In this document: positions 19,611-28,878 of the stretch, piece by piece
Position numbering within the stretch: the stretch's first letter is position 1
Layout of the letters: every line of letters begins with the position of its first letter
Assembly (NCBI GenBank): GCA_964583985.1
Contig: CAZOYD010000027.1
Coordinates: 1-41,970 of the forward strand
Length of the DNA: 41,970 nt
Direction of reading: 5' to 3'
DNA from: an uncultured archaeon
GTDB lineage: Archaea > Asgardarchaeota > Lokiarchaeia > Sigyniarchaeales > SOKP01
The notes under the pieces: model-generated
Database searches by the model: none
What the model was told of the DNA's origin: nothing
Seen by the model: the letters and a program-made list of their open reading frames with translations, nothing else
Made by a program: the position numbers and the translations under genes

Positions 19611-20978
19611 ATGGTCAATCTGAACGAACTAATGGATTATTTTAAAAACAGCAGCATTCCTCAAAACATATTGAATAGAGGGCAACTCGTACTTAATACT
19701 TTCCTGCATCCAATTAAAGTCCTTTTTGAGCAAAAATCGGTTCCAATCATGCCTTGGAATGATGATCAAATTGAATTTTTACTCCAAATCCTTTCTCATA
19801 TGGACACTGATAAGGATGACAAGGCTGCGAGGGTTGGTGAAAGGGAGGCAAGAATCGCTTCAAATTTACAACTCAAAACTTCTTCTGGGTTTTGTCATGG
19901 CATTGGTAGGAGTGGTTTTTTGACAGCTCCACAACCAAAAGCTCCCGGAGGATCGATATTATATGAAATTTCTAATTATTTAGCACGTGATTTCCTTAAA
20001 AAATTTGGTCTTCCAAATATTACTGAAGCAATCGTGCTGCCCTTGTGCACGGGAATGTCTTTGGCTTTAACATTAGCAGCTCTCAAACCCGATTGGAATA
20101 AAAATGATTTCATATTTAAAAGAACAGTAATAATTCCTCAGATTGATCATGATTCTATTTTAAAAAGTATTGAAATGGTTGGTGCCAGGGCTAAAATAGT
20201 CAAGGGTAAAATATTTGGAGATGCCGTTCAAATCCCCATTGAAGATATTAAAAAAAGTATTGATGATACCTGTTTTGCAATAATCTCTTTTACCAGTTTT
20301 TTCCCACCTAGAGAACATGATGATATCAAGGAAATCAGCAAGCTTGCTAAAGAGCATCAATTAGTACACGTGGTTATTAATGCTTATGGTGTTCAAAGTC
20401 CGGAATGGATGAAAATCATTAGAATTGGCATCGATGCCGGAAGAATTGATGCGATAATCCAATCGACTGATAAGAATGTACTTACACCAGTAGGAGGCGC
20501 GATTATAGCATCCCCATATAAAAAAAGTATTAAACAAATTAGCCAAACTTATGCAGGTCGAGCTTCAGCTTCCCCTATTGTTGATTTCCTTATCTCGATA
20601 CTCTCTTTAGGTATTGATGGATATCAAAAATTGATAGAGATTCAAAAGGAAAATAGAATTATTCTCGAACAAAAATTAAATGAAGTTGCCCTTAAATATA
20701 ATGAAAGAATTTTAAAAGTATTTAATCCCATTGCTATAGCAGTCACGTTAAAAAATCTTAAAAGGGAACAACACATTGCTTTGGGTGGTGCCTTATATAA
20801 TTTAAGAGTAACTGGTCCTCGAGTTTATGATCCTTCTGAAAAAGTTTTTGGTACGTGTTGTGCAGATTATAGTACGCCTTATATTGTAATGAATGCAGCT
20901 ATTGGTGCCACAAAAGAAGATATAATATTTGCGGTAGAACGCTTTGAAAAAGCATATTACCAAATGATGCAAAAATAG
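19611..20978 (+). CDS. spcS: O-phosphoseryl-tRNA(Sec) selenium transferase (SepSecS)
   Basis: GEREARI, HGIGRSG...QPKAPG, TGMSL, INAYGVQ, QSTDKN (PLP lysine), YAGRASA; starts 26 nt after tRNA-Sec. Confidence 0.95.
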   Translation: MVNLNELMDYFKNSSIPQNILNRGQLVLNTFLHPIKVLFEQKSVPIMPWNDDQIEFLLQILSHMDTDKDDKAARVGEREARIASNLQLKTSSGFCHGIGRSGFLTAPQPKAPGGSILYEISNYLARDFLKKFGLPNITEAIVLPLCTGMSLALTLAALKPDWNKNDFIFKRTVIIPQIDHDSILKSIEMVGARAKIVKGKIFGDAVQIPIEDIKKSIDDTCFAIISFTSFFPPREHDDIKEISKLAKEHQLVHVVINAYGVQSPEWMKIIRIGIDAGRIDAIIQSTDKNVLTPVGGAIIASPYKKSIKQISQTYAGRASASPIVDFLISILSLGIDGYQKLIEIQKENRIILEQKLNEVALKYNERILKVFNPIAIAVTLKNLKREQHIALGGALYNLRVTGPRVYDPSEKVFGTCCADYSTPYIVMNAAIGATKEDIIFAVERFEKAYYQMMQK

Positions 20979-21073
20979 CATTTATGTCAAGTTCTTGAAT
21001 ATTTTATTAGACAAATCAAAAAAAAATAAAAATGAGAAGAACAATATTATAATAAAAAAAGATTTGTGATAGC

Positions 21074-21751
21074 ATGGAAAATCGTCTTTTAACTCAATTT
21101 AATGATATTATCTCTAGTCAGTGGCAATTTAAAGAAATATATGAACCCGCTACTCCACTATCTTCTAGAGAAATTTTTGAATTGGCGTATCATACTTGTA
21201 ATTCAATTACCACAAGAAATATATTCACAAAATTATCTCTAAATGAAGCAACGGGAGCTCAAGCAATCTTTTACTTAAGTAGCAAGAAATTCATAACGAT
21301 TGATGGATTAGAGAATGGTTTGAAAATCAAGAAGTATTATCCTGAAGGATCTACTGGAAATAAACTAATGACTGATTTACATCCAAGCTTACAAAGAAGA
21401 AAACAAATTTTTGCGGGAAAAAATAATGACACCAAAACTCAGTTATTAAAAATGATTTTAGTAGAAAGAAAACTGGATGAGTGCGCAAACCACGTTATAA
21501 TTAAAGATTATAATCGAAAAATATACTTTGCGATAGGGGATGCAAGAGAAAGCGCTGCTGTTGTACCTATCTTTATGGAAGCCGAAGGAGCGAGTTTAGT
21601 ACAATTAGCATTGAACAAGTGGATGACTAAAGTACAACTATTAGATCAAGAAAAGATGTTTCCAGAAAATCTTGTTTCAGGATTACTCAAGAACCTTATG
21701 CAAATTAAGAAATGGATTTTAAACTTGATCACTTTAAATCTGGAAAAATGA
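21074..21751 (+). CDS. Hypothetical protein
   Basis: 225-aa ORF with GTGA RBS-like sequence upstream; no family recognised. Confidence 0.7.
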   Translation: MENRLLTQFNDIISSQWQFKEIYEPATPLSSREIFELAYHTCNSITTRNIFTKLSLNEATGAQAIFYLSSKKFITIDGLENGLKIKKYYPEGSTGNKLMTDLHPSLQRRKQIFAGKNNDTKTQLLKMILVERKLDECANHVIIKDYNRKIYFAIGDARESAAVVPIFMEAEGASLVQLALNKWMTKVQLLDQEKMFPENLVSGLLKNLMQIKKWILNLITLNLEK

Positions 21752-21834
21752 AATTTTTATCTTTATCATATTCAGATTCTTAATGATTCTATGATAAGAT
21801 GATTAAAAAGATAAAGAGATTGGGCCATCGGGGA

Positions 21835-21865
21835 TTTTCGTGCTTAACCTTATAATTTAAGTCAC
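21835..21865 (-). other. tRNA-Ile T-loop intron (59/60), 31 nt
   Basis: Canonical BHB: GGGG/CCCC, helix UUCG/CGAA, bulges AAG and AAU, intron helix UG/CA then CUUAA/UUAAG. Confidence 0.9.
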
Positions 21866-21886
21866 TTCGAACCCCGGCTCTCAGGC

Positions 21887-21931
21887 TTTTACTGTTATGG
21901 ACAATTTTTTTAGTGTATGTCCATAGGCCAT
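21887..21931 (-). other. tRNA-Ile anticodon-loop intron (37/38 or 38/39), 45 nt
   Basis: Central helix UUAU/GUAA, bulges AAA and AAG, internal stem UAUGGACA/UGUCCAUA; both registers give the same mature sequence. Confidence 0.85.
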
Positions 21932-21948
21932 TTATAAGACCTGCGCTT

Positions 21949-21973
21949 TTTGACCAAGCTCGAAAAACCTCGT
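21949..21973 (-). other. tRNA-Ile intron in the D arm (about position 21/22), 25 nt
   Basis: Central helix UGGU/GUCA, bulges UAA and AAA, intron helix CGAG/CUUG. Confidence 0.8.
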
Positions 21974-22128
21974 TAACCAGGCTGAGCTAATGGCCCAAAG
22001 TATAAATTTTTTTTTTTACTAATATTATAAACTCAAAAAGCATAAAAACATAAAAATTTTTTTATTGATGTGCTCTGTTATATTTATAATTGAAACAGAA
22101 AATTATTTTTCAAATTATTTAAATACAG

Positions 22129-22542
22129 GTGTTTTTAATGGCAGAAATGCTTACTGATTTGCTGCAGAATATATACAAAAGAATTGCTCAATTAGGTCAA
22201 GCAATTCAAGCGTTGAATTCTTCATTAGACGGATTAAATCAAAATATTGAACAAAAAATAACAAATCTTAATTTTAAATTAGAAGAATTTACTAAAGAAA
22301 TTGAAATAACAAAAAATAATCATGTAGAAGTATTAAGAGAAATTGGAGAAGGAACAAGAGATGAATTGAAGAAACTTCAAGTAGGTTTGGGTTTAGATGC
22401 ACTCCAAACACTAATATCTAAATTACAAGAATTTGAAAAATTATCGGAAGAAGTGCTAAATCAAGAGACAGTAAACCTTCTTCTCTCTGAGGCTATTAAT
22501 TCTGTAAAAATCTTAAAAGAACAAACACCAAGTAAATTATAA
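22129..22542 (+). CDS. Coiled-coil hypothetical protein
   Basis: Continuous heptads; probable start at MAEMLT. Confidence 0.7.
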   Translation: MFLMAEMLTDLLQNIYKRIAQLGQAIQALNSSLDGLNQNIEQKITNLNFKLEEFTKEIEITKNNHVEVLREIGEGTRDELKKLQVGLGLDALQTLISKLQEFEKLSEEVLNQETVNLLLSEAINSVKILKEQTPSKL

Positions 22543-22567
22543 TGCATATTTCAAGCGATTTAAGGTA

Positions 22568-22999
22568 TTGAATATCATGGCAGAAAAATTATTAGAAGAA
22601 ATGATAGGTAAAATTAATCAAATTACAACTTCGTTAAGTGGAACAATTGCTCAAATAAATCAAATGAGTACAGCAATTCAAACAATGTCGCAAAAATTTT
22701 CAGAAGAAACAATATCGGTCAATGAAAACATTAGGTTAATAGTTGAGGTATTGAAACAGTTCCGAATGAAATCAGGTGAAAGTATACAAGAAATTTCAAA
22801 CGATTTTAATAACCAAATTAAAGAATTATATGAAAATAAATCGATTGAAGTCATTACTGATGAGGAAAAGAAAGCAATCGATATAATTAGAAAAGCAGCG
22901 AAATCTGTATCCAATAATTTATATTATGCCCAATTATTAAATGTGATTCAATCTATTCGAGAAGAAACAAACAGAATTATTAGTTATAAGGAACCTTAA
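22568..22999 (+). CDS. Coiled-coil hypothetical protein, probable paralog of the upstream gene
   Basis: Similar length, MAE start and heptad pattern. Confidence 0.7.
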   Translation: MNIMAEKLLEEMIGKINQITTSLSGTIAQINQMSTAIQTMSQKFSEETISVNENIRLIVEVLKQFRMKSGESIQEISNDFNNQIKELYENKSIEVITDEEKKAIDIIRKAAKSVSNNLYYAQLLNVIQSIREETNRIISYKEP

Positions 23000-23065
23000 A
23001 TGAGTTTGATTATAATACAGTGACTTAAAATATTGTTTTTAATAAAATAACAGGAGTTAATTAAA

Positions 23066-23962
23066 ATGCCAATTGGTAGTTTTGTGATTATTTTACCATT
23101 AGATAAGGACTATAAAGTGTTAGGTTATTACTTCAAAGATGGTAATTCTATTTTTGAGGTAACGAGTGATATTTTCCTTCGATTGAACTTGGATCATTCT
23201 AAAGATGAATATAACCTCCTTTCTTTTAAAGAAATTAAACTTTTTACATACTTGCATAAATTAAAAGGGAAGCTTGCAAGGAAGGCTTCCACTATAATTG
23301 TCGGTTTACTTTTACACGAAAATGAAGAACCTGAAAAATTTCGTATTTCTTTAAAAGAAACAGCCGAAGCCGTCGAGATTTTGGGACTGAATGTCTTAGA
23401 TATACCCCAAGACAAATTTGAACGTTTATTAAAAGACATATATTTAGAACATTTAGAGCCACTTACAGATATATTAAAACCAGAAGCTTTGAAAGATAGT
23501 ATAATTAATATTACTAAATTTATGTTAAGTGGAGGAAAAAAAGAAAGAGCAATAGCTCAAGATCTATTAAAACGCGTAGAAAATGGAGATCACAAAAAAA
23601 TCTCGGAAAATTATGAAAGTGCAGAAAAAGCAATGGAATCTTTAGAATACGAAAAAGCAGCGAAATTATTGAGTAAAGCATCCCAAATAGCTGAAGAGTT
23701 ATATGTTTTAGATATTGCTGAAGTATTAAAAGAAAAATCAAGCTTTTCATTAAAAATCCCCGATTTATCAAAAAAACGGAACAAAATTGTACAAGATGCT
23801 AGGAATAGCCTTCGAAACGAAGATTTTCATTCTGCATATGTATCCTATAAAAAAGCAAGTGAATTATCAAAAAAATTAATAGATTTTGAAAAGGAAGAGG
23901 AATACCGACTCAAGTCAAAGGCACTTGAAGAATTCTACAAAATTGATCAGAAAAAAAAATAG
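23066..23962 (+). CDS. Protein with a possible longin-like N-terminal domain and TPR-like C-terminal helices
   Basis: N-terminal beta-beta-alpha-beta-beta-beta-alpha-alpha pattern (MPIGSFVII...IIVGLLLHENEEPEKFR); AEKAMESLEYEKAAKLLSKA and ARNSLRNEDFHSAYVSYKKA helical repeats. Confidence 0.55.
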   Translation: MPIGSFVIILPLDKDYKVLGYYFKDGNSIFEVTSDIFLRLNLDHSKDEYNLLSFKEIKLFTYLHKLKGKLARKASTIIVGLLLHENEEPEKFRISLKETAEAVEILGLNVLDIPQDKFERLLKDIYLEHLEPLTDILKPEALKDSIINITKFMLSGGKKERAIAQDLLKRVENGDHKKISENYESAEKAMESLEYEKAAKLLSKASQIAEELYVLDIAEVLKEKSSFSLKIPDLSKKRNKIVQDARNSLRNEDFHSAYVSYKKASELSKKLIDFEKEEEYRLKSKALEEFYKIDQKKK

Positions 23963-24079
23963 AAATCAAGTTGGCCAATTTTAGATTTAAATTGAATGTA
24001 CAAAGAAGTGAAATTTAATTTTTTAATCTGTTTTAATAACTATAACTAATAATATTTTCGTCATATATCCTCTAAGGAA

Positions 24080-24913
24080 ATGCTTGAAGAACATAAATCT
24101 ATTATTGGGCTAATTACTGATTTTGGTCTAAGAGGGTCCCATTATATTGCTAGTATGAAAGGAGTGATTCTGAAAATAAATCAAATGGTTAAAATAATTG
24201 ATATATCTCATGCGATAACTCCTTATTCAATAATTGAAGCTTCTTATATCTTAAAAACATGTTACCCCTTCTATCCTGAGGGAACCGTGTTCATTATTGT
24301 AGTAGATCCTGGTGTAGGTAGTGCAAGGGAAATATTGGCACTCAAAATAAAATCTAATCAAATTTTCATTGGACCAAACAATGGGATTTTTGGAAATGTT
24401 TTTGAGAGGGATGAGATTGCTTTATGCATCAAGATAGAAAATGAACAATATTTCATCAAACCCACGTCTAAAACATTTCAAGGACGTGATATAATGGCTC
24501 CAGTCGCAGCATATATCACTTCGGGTCTAGAATTAAGGGATCTCGGGACGGAATTTAATCTTGAAAACATTAAATCATCTTCCTTGGATTATGAAATATT
24601 AAATAAGAATAAAAAAATTAGATGTCATATCCAATATATTGATGATTTTGGCAATGGAATTACAAATTTTCCAATAACTGAAGAATTTACAAATAAATCG
24701 CTCATTTCATTAAAAGAAGGAGATATTATCACTTTAGAGTTTGAAAACCGTGAATTTCAAGGCAAATTTACCACTCATTTTAATGAAAAACCTCCAGAAA
24801 CATTATTATTCCTTATAGGTTCCACAGGATATTTAGAAATTTCAATGAATCAAAAAAATGCTGCAAATCATATTGGTATTGAAGTAGGAGATTTAATTTT
24901 TATTAATTTATAA
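24080..24913 (+). CDS. SAM hydroxide adenosyltransferase (DUF62; chlorinase/fluorinase superfamily)
   Basis: ITDFG, VVDPGVGSAR, GPNNG, TFQGRDIMAP, IDDFGN, GSTGYLEI. Confidence 0.92.
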   Translation: MLEEHKSIIGLITDFGLRGSHYIASMKGVILKINQMVKIIDISHAITPYSIIEASYILKTCYPFYPEGTVFIIVVDPGVGSAREILALKIKSNQIFIGPNNGIFGNVFERDEIALCIKIENEQYFIKPTSKTFQGRDIMAPVAAYITSGLELRDLGTEFNLENIKSSSLDYEILNKNKKIRCHIQYIDDFGNGITNFPITEEFTNKSLISLKEGDIITLEFENREFQGKFTTHFNEKPPETLLFLIGSTGYLEISMNQKNAANHIGIEVGDLIFINL

Positions 24914-24914
24914 T

Positions 24915-26072
24915 ATGAGCTCTATTATGGAAAAGGAAATCTTAGCATGTATTAAGGATCAAGATATTAAATATTTGCAATCAGGGGAAATTTCAAAATA
25001 TATCTTCCCCTTGGAAAGAAAAAAAGCTCATGAAGAACATATAAGTCATATAATTGTGAGGGTTTTTGCGTATTCAATTTCTCCCAAAAATGAGGTAATG
25101 TATCTCGTTCAAAAAAGAGGTGTAAAAAAATCTAGTTTTCCAGGCTATTTTACGGATTCTGCTTCAGGGCACGTGCTATATGACAAAGATCTTAGTTTAA
25201 AAGACATAGAACAGAATGCAAAAAGAGAACTTCAAGAAGAATTTGGGATACAACCGAAAAATGTTAAAAAAGCATCTTTTTATGATTTAAGGACAGAGAT
25301 TTATAAGGAGACACGTGAAATATCTTACATTTTCCTCTTTCAAGTGGATTATGGGGTTGATTTTAAAGCAGACCCAATCGAACTTGATTCTGAAACAAGT
25401 AGGTTCTATTCTGAAGTTGAACTCAAACAAATTCTGAAAAAAGAGGACTCTATTGATTATTCACGAAAAATTTGGGAAGAGTTACTCACGATTGATTTGA
25501 GTGATTCATTAAAAAATAAAATCAATCTGATGAAACAAGGAGATATTGCATTATTCATCGGGAGATTTCAACCATTTCATTATGGTCATGTGTATGTAAT
25601 TAATAATATATTTAAGAATTTTAAAAAAATTAAGATTGCAATTGGAAGCTCTCAATTATCAAACACGTGTATTAACCCTTTTACAAGTTCCGAGAGGAAA
25701 AAGTTTTTGATTGCTGCTTTACAGAGGAGAAATTATCCCGCTAAAAATTATGAAATATTTGAAATCCCAGATATTTTTAATGCCACTAAATGGGTCGATC
25801 ATGTTGTTTCAATTGTTGGAGATTTTGATATGGTATTTTCAAATAGTGATTGGGTAAGAATTTTATTTCAACAAAAAAACATCAATATTGGCAAGAAAAT
25901 TACCATTTTTAAGAAGAAATATAATGGAACCAATATAAGAAAATTAATATCTAAAAATGATAAAAACTGGAGAAATTTGGTACCAAAAGAAGTAATTAAG
26001 ATAATCGAGGATTCTTCTATAGATGGACTGAATCGTATCAGAAAATTATGTAAAAAAGGGTTTTCAAATTGA
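24915..26072 (+). CDS. nadM: Fusion of an N-terminal Nudix (IDI-1-like) domain and a C-terminal NMN adenylyltransferase (NadM)
   Basis: QKRGVKKSSFPGYFTDSASGH...AKRELQEEFGI; ALFIGRFQPFHYGH, IGSSQ, NPFTSSER, NGTNIR, WRNLVP. Confidence 0.85.
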   Translation: MSSIMEKEILACIKDQDIKYLQSGEISKYIFPLERKKAHEEHISHIIVRVFAYSISPKNEVMYLVQKRGVKKSSFPGYFTDSASGHVLYDKDLSLKDIEQNAKRELQEEFGIQPKNVKKASFYDLRTEIYKETREISYIFLFQVDYGVDFKADPIELDSETSRFYSEVELKQILKKEDSIDYSRKIWEELLTIDLSDSLKNKINLMKQGDIALFIGRFQPFHYGHVYVINNIFKNFKKIKIAIGSSQLSNTCINPFTSSERKKFLIAALQRRNYPAKNYEIFEIPDIFNATKWVDHVVSIVGDFDMVFSNSDWVRILFQQKNINIGKKITIFKKKYNGTNIRKLISKNDKNWRNLVPKEVIKIIEDSSIDGLNRIRKLCKKGFSN

Positions 26073-27139
26073 GTGAAAAAAATCTCATTAAGATAGATGG
26101 CTCCACTGGAGAAGGAGGAGGATCAATTATCCGGCTAAGTGGAGGATTTTCTTCTCTATTTAACCAACCAATTCATATTTACAACATTCGTGCTAATCGT
26201 CAAAATCCTGGATTGCGCCAACAACATTTAATAGGACTTAAAACATTGGTAGAATTAACAAGTAGTGATTTGAGTCCATGTGGTGTTGGTTCTATGGACT
26301 TTACATTGATACCGGGAGCATCCATACAAAAATCAGAAATAGATGTCAACGTTAACACTGCAGCGAGTTTAGGATTGTTACTCCAACCAATTCAAATAGC
26401 TTGTCTAAATATGAAGAAATCTCAAGGTTTACTAATTAATCTGTATGGGGGCGGCACTTTTGGGAAATGGGCACCGAGTTTGAACTATCTTAAAGACGTC
26501 ACTTATAATATACTTAAAAAATCAGGACTCAATATCTCTATTGACATTGAGCGTCAGGGATTTTATCCAAAAGGTGGCGCAAAAGCTCAATGCTCTTTAA
26601 CCATGGAGAATGATTCAATTAAACAAATCAATATGATGAAGTTGGGCAATATTGAATTAATCAATGGTGAAATAATATTATCAAATCATTTTGAAAATAG
26701 GAGTAACATTGGAGAAAGAATTAAAAACACTATTGTTGGAGAATTAAAAAAATATCATCGCCAAGTTAATATGAATATAAATTGTAGATATGTCTCGAGT
26801 CATAGTCAAGGATTAGGGCTTCATTTGTGGGCGAATTCTGATATGAATGCAATTATATCAACTGGTACCATATTAGGAGAAAAAAATATAACTTCTGAGC
26901 AATTGGGGAAACTGGCTGTAAAAGAACTAACAAAATATACACGAAATGATATTCCTGTTGATAATTATCTTAGTGATCAATTGATTCCATTGATGGTTTA
27001 TGCCGAAGGTTCCTCATGTATTAAGGTATTAGAAATCACGAGCCATGCTCAGACAAATCTAGAATTAATCAAGAAGTTCTCCAAAAGAAAATATAATATC
27101 ATAAAAGAAAATGTAGGATATTATATTGAAATTGAGTAA
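26069..27139 (+). CDS. rtcA: RNA 3'-terminal phosphate cyclase
   Basis: IDGSTGEGGG, NIRANRQNPGLRQQH, GFYPKGG, DQLIP, TSHAQTN (catalytic His). Confidence 0.92.
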   Translation: MSEKNLIKIDGSTGEGGGSIIRLSGGFSSLFNQPIHIYNIRANRQNPGLRQQHLIGLKTLVELTSSDLSPCGVGSMDFTLIPGASIQKSEIDVNVNTAASLGLLLQPIQIACLNMKKSQGLLINLYGGGTFGKWAPSLNYLKDVTYNILKKSGLNISIDIERQGFYPKGGAKAQCSLTMENDSIKQINMMKLGNIELINGEIILSNHFENRSNIGERIKNTIVGELKKYHRQVNMNINCRYVSSHSQGLGLHLWANSDMNAIISTGTILGEKNITSEQLGKLAVKELTKYTRNDIPVDNYLSDQLIPLMVYAEGSSCIKVLEITSHAQTNLELIKKFSKRKYNIIKENVGYYIEIE

Positions 27140-27203
27140 TTTAAAGAAATTTTTATATTGTAGTACTATTATATGTTTATTAAATTATTAAATTGGAGAT
27201 AAG

Positions 27204-28103
27204 ATGTCAGCTCAAAGCTATAATCGCTGTCCAAGATGTGGCAACGAAAATCGTGGTGGTAGTTATGCATGTTCCTTTTGTGGTAAACGATTAAGAATAG
27301 AAAGAATTGAAAACATCTCAATATTCAAGAGAATTGAAACCGAATGGTCAAATCCCGCACCATGGTATTTAAAAATTGTATGGCTATTTATCAAACCAAA
27401 TAAAGCTTTTTGGGATATCAATCATCAAAGAAGCAAGGCACCAGGACATCTAATCATATTATTTAATGCTTTAATTTACGGTCTGATGGGATTATCATAC
27501 ATGTCACATTTCATTATTACTGATCCATTTCTCTTATTTCTCTATAACATATCTACCTTTTTAACATTTTTTTTGATGGGTTTAGGAATTAGTTACATTT
27601 TTGGTACCCTCTTGTTATGGCTCTTTATTAAAGGCGCCAATTCTGCTGTAGGATTTTCAAAAATTTTAGAAAGTAGGTTTGGGGGAGATATTCAGAAGGA
27701 AACATATCGTGAGGCAGAAATGAGTCCATTCAGTATTTATAAGGGAGGGACATTACAGCAACAAAAATCAAATAAATTTAAAATGATGTATTGCGCATTC
27801 ACACCATTTTTACTCATCAACCTAATTGAAACTCTAATAATTTTGGTAGGCTTTCCAACTTCCTTAATAAGTATAACAGGATTTTCTCCCACAGTTTTTA
27901 CAGCAATGTTCAATTCTCCAACTTGGGTTATTTTACATGTTATGGATGCTCTCACAATTGCTATTTGGATTCCAATACTAGTGACACTTGCGATTAGAGA
28001 ACTCTCAAATTCATCAACAGTTCGAGTGTTAATTGCATCCCTTAGCATTGGGATAATAATAGCAATAGTAGTTTTCTTCTTACGACCTTCATTCTTACCA
28101 TAA
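27204..28103 (+). CDS. Zinc-ribbon plus Yip1-like multipass membrane protein
   Basis: CPRCG...CSFCG; LFIKPNKAFWDI motif followed by about five TM helices. Confidence 0.7.
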   Translation: MSAQSYNRCPRCGNENRGGSYACSFCGKRLRIERIENISIFKRIETEWSNPAPWYLKIVWLFIKPNKAFWDINHQRSKAPGHLIILFNALIYGLMGLSYMSHFIITDPFLLFLYNISTFLTFFLMGLGISYIFGTLLLWLFIKGANSAVGFSKILESRFGGDIQKETYREAEMSPFSIYKGGTLQQQKSNKFKMMYCAFTPFLLINLIETLIILVGFPTSLISITGFSPTVFTAMFNSPTWVILHVMDALTIAIWIPILVTLAIRELSNSSTVRVLIASLSIGIIIAIVVFFLRPSFLP

Positions 28104-28158
28104 ATTTATTACCATCGTTTCTTCATTTTATTTAATCACCTTTAATAACTTCATTGAA

Positions 28159-28776
28159 ATGACACGTCGAAATGATTCTGATTTAGAATCTGAAATATAT
28201 GCTCTTGTGGAGACAATTATCACTCTCCAAATGAAATATCAAAAAGGTGCTATCAGCGATGCTTTTTTTCAAAAAACCATTAACAATACTTACAAAGAAT
28301 TATTAACATTTCATTTCAAGTTAAAGGAAAAGGAATCATCACTTTCAGAGATCCTTGATAATATGGATATCACGAATAAATACCAACAAGCGCTAGATAT
28401 TCTGACTCAAGGGATTAAATCAAGCTCTTCAAAAGATATGACTTCATCCTCACATACGCAAAAAGGTTCTTCAGTGCTAGCGCTTCCAGTTATTACATTA
28501 GAAATCACTTCCGCTTTTATCACGCTTATGGATATCTTAAAACTAGGAAGTTTTAATGATACAAGTTTTTTAGAAGACACATTTGATAATTTAGTTGGAA
28601 ACGTCAAAAAATTTCCTGGTTTAGAATCTTTTAAGTTCAAAGTTTCGCACTTGAGAGAAGATCTATTAAAACATAAAGATAAGGTTGTAAATGATGAAAT
28701 CTATCGGGAAGATATTGGGAAGGAACTTTACTTGCTTTTTAAAGAATTTCATGATAAATTAAATCTTAAGACTTGA
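28159..28776 (+). CDS. vps28: Vps28-like protein (ESCRT-I subunit homolog)
   Basis: SEIYALVETIITLQMKYQKGAIS resembles Vps28 'AELYAII.TLE.LEKAY.KD.I'; EITSAFITLMDILKL resembles 'E....FIT.MD.LKL'; length about 205 aa. Confidence 0.75.
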   Translation: MTRRNDSDLESEIYALVETIITLQMKYQKGAISDAFFQKTINNTYKELLTFHFKLKEKESSLSEILDNMDITNKYQQALDILTQGIKSSSSKDMTSSSHTQKGSSVLALPVITLEITSAFITLMDILKLGSFNDTSFLEDTFDNLVGNVKKFPGLESFKFKVSHLREDLLKHKDKVVNDEIYREDIGKELYLLFKEFHDKLNLKT

Positions 28777-28878
28777 TATAAAATCAAAAAATTAATTAAG
28801 TTTTCTCCATTTAAAATTACATAAACGTTTTAATAAAAGTTAATTTTAAAATCTCAAAATCAAAAAAAGGTTATTCAA

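Larger units (their letters stand above)
21821..21996 (-). tRNA. tRNA-Ile (anticodon UAU) with three introns
   Basis: Removing 21949-21973, 21887-21931 and 21835-21865 gives a 75-nt cloverleaf GGGCCATTAGCTCAGCCTGGTTAAAGCGCAGGTCTTATAAGCCTGAGAGCCGGGGTTCGAATCCCCGATGGCCCA; anticodon TAT at 21936-21934; A73. Confidence 0.9.

Noticed and set aside
26069-27139. rtcA as a dedicated part of the intron system
   Set aside because: EndA already leaves 2',3'-cyclic phosphate ends and RtcA is widespread; proximity alone is not evidence
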